In this document: one piece after another, positions 51,392-61,507 of the stretch
Position numbering within the stretch: position 1 is the first letter of the stretch
Layout: every line of letters starts with the position of its first letter
Assembly (NCBI GenBank): GCA_964016885.1
Contig: OZ024741.1
Location: 369,334,001 to 369,398,000, forward strand
Origin: Eledone cirrhosa
Taxonomy: Eukaryota
Direction: 5' to 3'
DNA: 64,000 nt
Notes under the pieces: model-generated
The model's input: only the letters and a program-made list of their open reading frames with translations
Databases searched by the model: none
Told to the model about the DNA's origin: nothing
Made by a program: the position numbers and the translations under genes

Positions 51392-53632
51392 TTAACTGTA
51401 TACTTTGTGAAAAGTTCTATGGAATTTATGCAGGCAGATGGAAAACAAATCCGAGCGTCTATTTATTATGGATTCTAGGTTAGAGATAATGGTAAATTTT
51501 TCATTTAGGCAGAGATTACAGATTTTAGATAGAGAGCTGTTCAAGTACGAGGATGCAGAAGAAATCTTTTTCCAAAAGATGTTATATTTAATGTTTTTGT
51601 CTTTTAAGGACCATATGAGTTCTGAGAGAGCAGTGTTAGTTCTTTTAAGTTTGTATTTGAAAGATGAATGATGATTATAGAGACGAGCTTTAAAAGAGGT
51701 GGAAGTGGAGCCAAAATAGGTGAAGGAATTGGTGCTAGTTATAATTTTACATTCATAAATTAAGTTTTTATCGAGGCAATGGTTGTTGAGAGGACATTTA
51801 TTTTTAATGCGGCAGTTGCAATTAGAGAGATTATTAATGAGTGATCTAGTGTTATCTATAGAAGGAATTGGATTGGAGAAGTTGTTTGCGATAGGAATAA
51901 TAGGAATAATAGTTTCTTGATTTAGAGTTGGATTATGAACATTTAGCGAAGTTGTGTTTGACGTTGCATTTGGGTTTACAGAAGTTAGCCTAGGGTTTAC
52001 AATGACGTCAGGAGTACTATTATTGTTATTATGAGATTCAATATTGGAAGGAAGAGATTTAGTATTTAATATTTTGTTGTTGTGTTTAGAGATGATGTTG
52101 GAAATATTGGAGGATGTAGAATACGAAAATTTGATGGTGTGTTTGTTAAATATTTTACTATAGATATGTGAGGGAGGGAAGCATTTATTTAAGGCACTAA
52201 AAAATAATTTAGGAATATTGTTATTAATAGAGATGGAGAAAGGAGCATTATACCAGATTATGTTTTTGTATCTAGGTCTTTTATTAAAATTATTGGAATG
52301 GTTATGATTAAATATTCTACTGTAAGTTTTCCTAGAATTTGTTTCTTTATTATATTTGATTTTATCTGGATAGCCGGCTTTAGAAAGTGCGTTATTATAG
52401 TAATTGGCGTTAGCATCAAAGATGTTTTTATTAGAAGATATGTTAGATATTCTTTTTCCAATATTATTAACTATAGCATTCTTGATATTGGTAGGATGGT
52501 TAGATTTAAAGTTAACATAATTAAGATTCTCATTGTTTTTATGGTAAGGGTAATATAGGCCAGTGTTAAGATTAAGAGATACATCCAAGAAATTAGCTAG
52601 TTTGGTACTATTATCAAATTCAATTTTTAGGTTATGTTGGTTAAAGAGATTACGTATATTGTTCTTAATAATATTAAGTTTAACTATATTGCAATTTAGG
52701 ATAGTAAAGAGTCCATCGTCACGATAAATTCCACCGCGAAGTTGAGGAATTTTCCGACTCAAAGAGTTCAAAATGAAGATACCAATTAAATCAGTCAATT
52801 GGGATGAATCGGATGCTCCCATTGTGATGTCGAAGTTGTTAGAGGTATCGGCTCTGGTCCAATATTCGTTGTTGAACTCTAGGATGGTTTTACGTGCGGT
52901 GAGGATGATGTGAAGTTCATCTGTGGTGATGTCAGAATATTTAAGTGCGAAAGATAGAGCATTATTGAGAAGTGAAGGCGAAATGGAGGAATAGTAGCTG
53001 GCAATATCGAATTGAATAAATTTTAGTTTGTTTTTATTATCCAATTTGTTGAACCAGCCAATCACTTCAGAAGTACCAAACCATAAATTTAGGTTTAAAG
53101 AAGAGCAATTAGAACTAACCTGTGGGATAATCCTATCCAAGATGGCTTTACTAACAACCCCCAGATCAGATTTAGAGGGGGCGATTAATCTAACAGGTAG
53201 TTCAGTGCGAAAATTGTTTTTGTGATCCTTGAGATTTATCCTCGGAGTTCTTGGGAGGAATGGTTCGGTCTTTTTTTCAATGCCAAGTTTTGACATAATC
53301 TCATAGGCTTCAAGGTTTATGCATTCTAAATTTTCATGGTTGGTTTTACGATACTTTTTCCTAAGTTCCTTTAGGATAAGGTTGTTATAATTATCCTTGG
53401 AAATACCATATAGGTTATTGGTTTTGTCAGAGTGGACTAAAACATTTTTTGAGGAATTTAGGTTAGAGATTGTGTTCTTGAGATTTACAAGGTGCTCTTG
53501 TCCTTTGTAAGGGTATCTCTTGAATTTAAGATTTTTTATAATTTTAGTTAATTCTTCCTCGAATTGTGCTAGATTTTTGTTGGAAGGAGGATTTCGTCTG
53601 GAATTAAAAAGAGGATAAATCTCAAGGATCAC
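51392..53632 (-). CDS. PLE RT plus GIY-YIG endonuclease, 5'-truncated, uninterrupted
   Basis: SDKTNNLY, LKDHK, FIQFDIASYYSSI, TMGASDSSQLTDLIG, IYRDDG, NFLDVSL, CNCR..CPL, YFGSTSTSFKARLYNH. Confidence 0.95.
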   Translation of the reverse strand: MILEIYPLFNSRRNPPSNKNLAQFEEELTKIIKNLKFKRYPYKGQEHLVNLKNTISNLNSSKNVLVHSDKTNNLYGISKDNYNNLILKELRKKYRKTNHENLECINLEAYEIMSKLGIEKKTEPFLPRTPRINLKDHKNNFRTELPVRLIAPSKSDLGVVSKAILDRIIPQVSSNCSSLNLNLWFGTSEVIGWFNKLDNKNKLKFIQFDIASYYSSISPSLLNNALSFALKYSDITTDELHIILTARKTILEFNNEYWTRADTSNNFDITMGASDSSQLTDLIGIFILNSLSRKIPQLRGGIYRDDGLFTILNCNIVKLNIIKNNIRNLFNQHNLKIEFDNSTKLANFLDVSLNLNTGLYYPYHKNNENLNYVNFKSNHPTNIKNAIVNNIGKRISNISSNKNIFDANANYYNNALSKAGYPDKIKYNKETNSRKTYSRIFNHNHSNNFNKRPRYKNIIWYNAPFSISINNNIPKLFFSALNKCFPPSHIYSKIFNKHTIKFSYSTSSNISNIISKHNNKILNTKSLPSNIESHNNNNSTPDVIVNPRLTSVNPNATSNTTSLNVHNPTLNQETIIPIIPIANNFSNPIPSIDNTRSLINNLSNCNCRIKNKCPLNNHCLDKNLIYECKIITSTNSFTYFGSTSTSFKARLYNHHSSFKYKLKRTNTALSELIWSLKDKNIKYNIFWKKISSASSYLNSSLSKICNLCLNEKFTIISNLESIINRRSDLFSICLHKFHRTFHKVYS

Positions 53633-53713
53633 AAAAACAATTTTCGCACTGAACTACCTGTTAGATTAATCGCCCCCTCTAAATCTGATCTGGGGGTTGT
53701 TAGTAAAGCCATC

Positions 53714-55462
53714 TTGGATAGGATTATCCCACAGGTTAGTTCTAATTGCTCTTCTTTAAACCTAAATTTATGGTTTGGTACTTCTGAAGTGATTGGCTGG
53801 TTCAACAAATTGGATAATAAAAACAAACTAAAATTTATTCAATTCGATATTGCCAGCTACTATTCCTCCATTTCGCCTTCACTTCTCAATAATGCTCTAT
53901 CTTTCGCACTTAAATATTCTGACATCACCACAGATGAACTTCACATCATCCTCACCGCACGTAAAACCATCCTAGAGTTCAACAACGAATATTGGACCAG
54001 AGCCGATACCTCTAACAACTTCGACATCACAATGGGAGCATCCGATTCATCCCAATTGACTGATTTAATTGGTATCTTCATTTTGAACTCTTTGAGTCGG
54101 AAAATTCCTCAACTTCGCGGTGGAATTTATCGTGACGATGGACTCTTTACTATCCTAAATTGCAATATAGTTAAACTTAATATTATTAAGAACAATATAC
54201 GTAATCTCTTTAACCAACATAACCTAAAAATTGAATTTGATAATAGTACCAAACTAGCTAATTTCTTGGATGTATCTCTTAATCTTAACACTGGCCTATA
54301 TTACCCTTACCATAAAAACAATGAGAATCTTAATTATGTTAACTTTAAATCTAACCATCCTACCAATATCAAGAATGCTATAGTTAATAATATTGGAAAT
54401 AGAATATCTAACATATCTTCTAATAAAAACATCTTTGATGCTAACGCCAATTACTATAATAACGCACTTTCTAAAGCCGGCTATCCAGATAAAATCAAAT
54501 ATAATAAAGAAACAAATTCTAGGAAAACTTACAGTAGAATATTTAATCATAACCATTCCAATAATTTTAATAAAAGACCTAGATACAAAAACATAATCTG
54601 GTATAATGCTCCTTTCTCCATCTCTATTAATAACAATATTCCTAAATTATTTTTTAGTGCCTTAAATAAATGCTTCCCTCCCTCACATATCTATAGTAAA
54701 ATATTTAACAAACACACCATCAAATTTTCGTATTCTACATCCTCCAATATTTCCAACATCATCTCTAAACACAACAACAAAATATTAAATACTAAATCTC
54801 TTCCTTCCAATATTGAATCTCATAATAACAATAATAGTACTCCTGACGTCATTGTAAACCCTAGGCTAACTTCTGTAAACCCAAATGCAACGTCAAACAC
54901 AACTTCGCTAAATGTTCATAATCCAACTCTAAATCAAGAAACTATTATTCCTATTATTCCTATCGCAAACAACTTCTCCAATCCAATTCCTTCTATAGAT
55001 AACACTAGATCACTCATTAATAATCTCTCTAATTGCAACTGCCGCATTAAAAATAAATGTCCTCTCAACAACCATTGCCTCGATAAAAACTTAATTTATG
55101 AATGTAAAATTATAACTAGCACCAATTCCTTCACCTATTTTGGCTCCACTTCCACCTCTTTTAAAGCTCGTCTCTATAATCATCATTCATCTTTCAAATA
55201 CAAACTTAAAAGAACTAACACTGCTCTCTCAGAACTCATATGGTCCTTAAAAGACAAAAACATTAAATATAACATCTTTTGGAAAAAGATTTCTTCTGCA
55301 TCCTCGTACTTGAACAGCTCTCTATCTAAAATCTGTAATCTCTGCCTAAATGAAAAATTTACCATTATCTCTAACCTAGAATCCATAATAAATAGACGCT
55401 CGGATTTGTTTTCCATCTGCCTGCATAAATTCCATAGAACTTTTCACAAAGTATACAGTTAA
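53714..55462 (+). CDS. Inverted duplicate of the PLE RT/GIY-YIG ORF (more truncated)
   Basis: Protein matches the corresponding part of the 51392 ORF except NNIGKR versus NNIGNR. Confidence 0.93.
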   Translation: MDRIIPQVSSNCSSLNLNLWFGTSEVIGWFNKLDNKNKLKFIQFDIASYYSSISPSLLNNALSFALKYSDITTDELHIILTARKTILEFNNEYWTRADTSNNFDITMGASDSSQLTDLIGIFILNSLSRKIPQLRGGIYRDDGLFTILNCNIVKLNIIKNNIRNLFNQHNLKIEFDNSTKLANFLDVSLNLNTGLYYPYHKNNENLNYVNFKSNHPTNIKNAIVNNIGNRISNISSNKNIFDANANYYNNALSKAGYPDKIKYNKETNSRKTYSRIFNHNHSNNFNKRPRYKNIIWYNAPFSISINNNIPKLFFSALNKCFPPSHIYSKIFNKHTIKFSYSTSSNISNIISKHNNKILNTKSLPSNIESHNNNNSTPDVIVNPRLTSVNPNATSNTTSLNVHNPTLNQETIIPIIPIANNFSNPIPSIDNTRSLINNLSNCNCRIKNKCPLNNHCLDKNLIYECKIITSTNSFTYFGSTSTSFKARLYNHHSSFKYKLKRTNTALSELIWSLKDKNIKYNIFWKKISSASSYLNSSLSKICNLCLNEKFTIISNLESIINRRSDLFSICLHKFHRTFHKVYS

Positions 55463-57440
55463 TATTCAATTCTTTATCAATTTAGAATCTTTTCTCAAAG
55501 GCACATATACATACACCTCTTTAAAATATACCCATCTACCTTACTTTAAAGGGCATTATACACTCTATAATACTCGTTTACTCATTACCCTCATCCTATC
55601 TTCTCGTAAAACAATAACATTTGTTTTTGACATTTTGAATATTCATCCGCAATCATTATTATTTTTTTCCCTCTATCATAAATCTTTTTAATCTCAATTT
55701 CATCCTTAATTTATTATTATATATTTTTTTTAATATATACTCATATATTCTTTAAAATATACCCATCTACCTTACTTTAAAGGGCATTATACACTCTATA
55801 ATACCCGTTTACTCATCACCCTCATTATATCTCCTCGTAAAACAATAACATTTGTTTTTGACATTTTGAGTATTCATCCGCAATCATTATTATTTTTTCT
55901 CTCTATCATAAATCTTTTTAATCTCAATTTCATCCTTAATTTATTATTATTTTTTTCTCCCCATCAACGAACTCATTATTAATACATATGAATTCAATAT
56001 AAAAACTTTAACTTCACATTATTTTTCTCAAATCCTTCTACACATAAACTTTTTCTCTTTGCTAATTTTAAAATTCCTACATTTCTTCTTTTGACGTTAG
56101 AATATTCACCCACAATTATTATTTTTTTCTCTCTATCTCCATACATAATTTCCCTTCGTTATTTTTTTCTCTCTATCTCCATACATAATTTCCCTTCGTT
56201 AATTTTCAAATTCCTTTAATTTATACATTATCTTCCAACGGTTCCCAACCTCTCTATATTAAAACATTATATCTTTTTCTCAGTTATAAAAACTATCTCT
56301 TTCTCTCTATCACCCATCTCTCCCTTTCCACCTTCACTCTCATCTCCTCCCCTTTTTTTCATCCTTTCCACCCCCACCCCTCCCTAAATATAATATATTT
56401 TTTCCTCGCACATATCCTCCCTTCGTTAATTTTCAAAATTTTTAATTTATACAGTATCTTCCAACGGTTTTCAACCCCTCTATATAAAATATATCTCCTC
56501 TCAGTTATAAAAACTATCTCTTTCTCTCTATCACCCATCTCTCCCTCTCATCTCCTTCCCTTTTCATCCTTTTCTCTCCCCCCTCTCTAAATAAAATATT
56601 TTTCCCAATATCACACATCAATCTAAAACCACTTTTCATATGTTGATTTAAAACTGCACTATCAACAAGTGTTTTTTTAGCCTTCATATCATGTTCTCCT
56701 GTTTTATCTGATGAAAACACAAATATTATTGTTTGATGATGTTTGTTTTTGAAATGCGCATAATAAAATATATTGAACTCCTTTAACCATCTTTTGATCT
56801 TATATATATGTATATATGTATATGTATGTATATGTATATATATATATATATGTATATGTATATATAAATAAAAGTATATATATGGATATATATATGTATG
56901 TATATATATATGTATATGTATATATGCATATATATATGTATGTATATATGTATATTATATGTATGTATATATATATCTGTCAATATGTATATGTATATAT
57001 ATATATATGTATATCTATATGTATATATATATGTATATATACATATATATATATATGTAAACATATATGTATATATATATGTATATCTAAATGTATATAT
57101 ATATATGTATATATACATATATATATATATACATATATATGTATGTATATATATATATATGTATATATATACATATATATGTATATAAATATATGTGTAT
57201 ATATATGTATATATATATATGTGTATATATATATGTACATATATATGTATATATATATGTGTGTGTATATATGTATATATATATATATGTGTATATATAT
57301 GTATATATGTGTATATATATATGTATATATATATATATATATGTATACATATATATATATATGTATATATATATATGTATATCTATATGTATATATATAT
57401 ATGTATATATATATATATACATATATATATTTATATATAC

Positions 57441-57517
<77 letters not shown>

Positions 57518-57519
57518 TA

Positions 57520-57975
57520 TGTAAGTATGTATGTATACGTACATACATATATGTATACAGACGTACAGTAGCATGTATATATATATATATATATATACAG
57601 GCACACATATATATATATGCAGGTATCAGTTTACCGAACATTTAATATAATGTTCGATTTTTTCGTTTGTAAACAAAAGGCCAGCCTGATTTATGCCGTA
57701 CGGTGTTAAGGCAACCACGTCATTTTTTTGTTCAACACTGACACAGGAACGATGTACTAATTTCAAGCTTGTTTACAAACGAACAAAGCGAACATTATAA
57801 TAAATGTTCGGTAAACTAATACGTGCATATATATATATGTGTGCCTGTATGCATATATATATATATACATGCTACTGTACGTCTGTATACATATATGTAT
57901 GTACGTATACATACATACTTACATTTAAGTAAGTGCCGTACTAAGAGTGAGAAATGAAATTTCGTTTCATTCTAT
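57520..57975. repeat. Diverged relative of the 26255-28990 unit, as a fold-back turning inside the HHR
   Basis: ttcaacactgacacaggaacgatgtactaatttcaagctt then gtttacaaac..aacattataataaatgttcggt..ccgtactaagagtgagaaatgaaatttcgtttcat. Confidence 0.8.
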
Positions 57976-58002
57976 TCCATTTATACATATATATACATAT
58001 TC

Positions 58003-58034
<32 letters not shown>

Positions 58035-58039
58035 CTATA

Positions 58040-58139
<100 letters not shown>

Positions 58140-58189
58140 TATATATATAAATATATATATATAAATATATATATATACATATATATAGT

Positions 58190-59140
58190 CTTGCGAGGTT
58201 TTTTATATGAAATCGTGTGTCGAAACAAATATTGTTATACTTGGGGAGGGTCATATTTGTGTAATATTGCCAGAATTAATAACAGAACACACTCACTGTC
58301 TGGTTGGTTTTCGCTTCTCGCTGTCTTTTATATCGGTAATCTAACTTACTCGGTCCTCAATGTTGCCATTGACTGACCGACGGTCAAAAATAATACAGAT
58401 GCAATATAGACACAAACACATATATATACTTTATCATAAATCTTTCGTTGCACATCTGCAACATCGTCAGTAGTGTTATATTTTCCTCCTGTTGTGTTGT
58501 ATGTCTACGCCATTTTTTTAATTCAGTCTGTCTATATATTTATTTATTTGCTTGTTTGTTTATTTTATTTTGTCTTCTTTGCGCATGCGTTTGCATGTGT
58601 GTATAGTGTTATGTGTGATGTGTGACTAGTGTGTGTTTATGTGCTTGTTGTTATTGTGCTTGTGTATGTATTTATTTATCTTATTTTATTTACTTATTTA
58701 TACTTCTCTTAGGTCAGTGTTGTTTGTTTGGGTGTTGTTGTTATTCCATTCATTCTTTCTGTTTAGCTTTGGTCTTCTAATTTCTATTTCACTGGCCTCT
58801 CTGATTTGCCTATCTGCTGGGTCATTTCTATGTTTAGATATTATTCTAATTTCTATGTTACCGACATGTTGTTGTCTAGCATGTTCGTATAGTACTGACC
58901 CGTTTTTTCGTCCTTTTAGTTCCCCCAGTGTTGGTCTATCCTTTCACCTATGCTACGAGCTGTCTCACCTATGTATGTTGTTGTCATGTTTCTGCAAGTA
59001 CCCTCTGTTTCATCTTATGCTATAGACTACGTTTCTAGTTTTACAGTTTATCCGGGGGTTCACCTTACATATGATACATTTCCTATTGGTACAGTGGGTT
59101 TTCTTAAAAGGGTAAGTTTTGCTGATCAGGGATTTTAAGA
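58190..59140 (-). mobile_element. PLE 3' fragment (Cys linker, GIY-YIG, 3' UTR, degenerate HHR near 58430-58475)
   Basis: [59 protein letters not shown]. Confidence 0.85.
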
Positions 59141-59385
59141 GCCCCTTTGCCTTTTGACAGGTTTTGATTTCTAGTCCTGCAGGATGTCCAAAGCCACCCT
59201 CCTCACCAAGAAACCTTGGTGGGGTTGCCAGTTTAGTCGCCAACGACCCGACCATGAGACAGGTTGTACTGGGATACATGTTACCAATAGCACCAACTGG
59301 TGAGCTGACACATACATACATATATATATATATATACACATACATATATATACATATATATATACATACATATATATATATATAC

Positions 59386-59416
<31 letters not shown>

Positions 59417-59457
59417 CACATATATATATACATATATATACATATATATATACATAC

Positions 59458-59521
<64 letters not shown>

Positions 59522-59524
59522 GTG

Positions 59525-59557
<33 letters not shown>

Positions 59558-59714
59558 GTATATATATATATGTATGTATATATATATGTATATATATGTA
59601 TATATATATATGTATGTATATATATATGTATGTATATATATATGTATATATATATATATATGTATATATGTATATATGTATATATATGTATGTTTATATG
59701 TATATATATGTATA

Positions 59715-60959
59715 TATATATAACCCTATCAGTCAAGCAGTATCCTCTAAGGGGGCAGCGTCCTCTGTCGCGGTTCCGTCTATTTCCCACGGTAAGGCTA
59801 TCATTGTTGCTGCCTACGTTGTTACCTACGCTACCGCAGCTGTCGTTAGCACAATTACAACCCACAGCACGCGGGATGGTGCGATTGTTATTCCGCACGT
59901 CATGTCCTGCATGTTCCCCAGTCATTTCGCAGTTATGCTGGTTGAGTCTGCGGATGCCGTTGCCAAGACTATTGGATGCTGCCAGGGAGTTAAGGCCGAT
60001 ATAGTTATTGTCAGGTGTAGGTGCATCTGTGTCGAGGTGCTGTGTCTTGGTAATCTTACTGTGTCTGCTAGGTTAGGAGTAGTAGTGAAGGATATTTTTA
60101 TAGCCTTACCGTGGGAAATAGACGGAACTGCGACAGAAATTGCAACTGCCGTGACAGAGGACGCTGCCCCCTTAGAGGATACTGCTTGACGGATAGGGTT
60201 ATATATAGATGCACTATTACTAGCCACAATAGCGTTAAACATTATATAGGGGCCACCTCCGGCCCGTTCAAAATTAGGTTTCGAACACATCTCCATTCTT
60301 TCACAAATAGAAAACTAAGGCACTCCACTTCGCTCGCGGACTACATCCCATCACTAAAGGACTTAAACATCAGCTTCTCCACGCACTGGAAGATTGTCGG
60401 CAGGGCTGCACCGTACAACTTCAAGAGGAAATGCGATCTTTGCCTCACGGAGCTCTACCACATCATAACTGCACCCCACGAGCTCATCAACAGCAGAGCT
60501 GAAACAGCGATAAGTTGTACACATCGCTTAAAAATATCCTTCTTCAGATGGGTTAAGGATGAAGAGTGAAACAATACACTGGATCCCCCTGCAACAAGTC
60601 TTAACACACCGGCGGGCAGGCGCTGCAAAATAACACCCAGGAAACAATCCTTGCATACCAGACCCAGCCTCAGACAAACGGATGCGGCAAAAAAAAAAAA
60701 AAAAAATTGTCCGGGAAAGACTGCCCTAACACCGGCCAGAGTTACCTCCCTTGGCCTGCTGCAAAATCAAAACAAAATATTTTTGCGTGCAATGGACCTT
60801 GATGTGGATTTAACCCCCAAAACTCTTTCCGAGCAATATAAGGAGCACTTGTGATTATTTATGCCCTTGAGAAGCCCAACTGGGCGAAACGTACGTAGGT
60901 GCTGTTTTAAATAAACATGTTTTAACGGTCTATTCCCCGATTTTTTACTTTCCCACGTG

Positions 60960-60960
<1 letters not shown>
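59715..60960 (+). mobile_element. PLE GIY-YIG 3' fragment with inverted upstream piece; U3-A8 HHR 60863-60902(+)
   Basis: [39 protein letters not shown]; 59720-59800 mirrors 60100-60203; gccc-TTGAGAA-gcccaactgggc-GAAA-cgtacg-TA-ggtgc. Confidence 0.85.
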
Positions 60961-61033
<73 letters not shown>

Positions 61034-61301
61034 GATATATATGTATATATATACGTATATGTATTTATTTATATATATGTATATATTTAAATATATATAT
61101 GTATATATTTATATATGTATATGTATATATATGTATATATATATATATATATTTATGTATCTATATATAAGTATATGTATATATATATATATGTATATAT
61201 GTATATCTATGTATATATGTATATATATATATATATGTATATCTATGTATATATGTATATATATATATATGTATATATATATATCTATATATATATATAT
61301 G

Positions 61302-61332
<31 letters not shown>

Positions 61333-61507
61333 GTATATATATATACGTAAATATATATATATGTATATATGTATATATATGTATATATATATGTGTATAT
61401 ATGTATATATATATATGTGTATATATATATGTATATATATATATGTATATGTGTATATATATATATGTGTATATATATATATGTATATATATATGTATAT
61501 ATATATA

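Larger units (their letters stand above)
49960..56800. mobile_element. PLE copy B: head-to-head palindrome (arms 50053-53243 and 53611-56800, 367-bp spacer); HHRs 50083-50153(-) and 56700-56770(+)
   Basis: Arms reverse-complementary with very few differences; HHR tgttttat-CTGATGA-..-GAAA-tgcgca-TA-ataaaata. Confidence 0.96.

Noticed and set aside
59010-59012. TGA at a position that is Cys in the 62074 paralog (possible selenocysteine, as reported for some Naiad PLEs)
   Set aside because: It is followed at once by a +1 frameshift in a decayed copy, the intact paralog has TGT, and I could not identify a SECIS.
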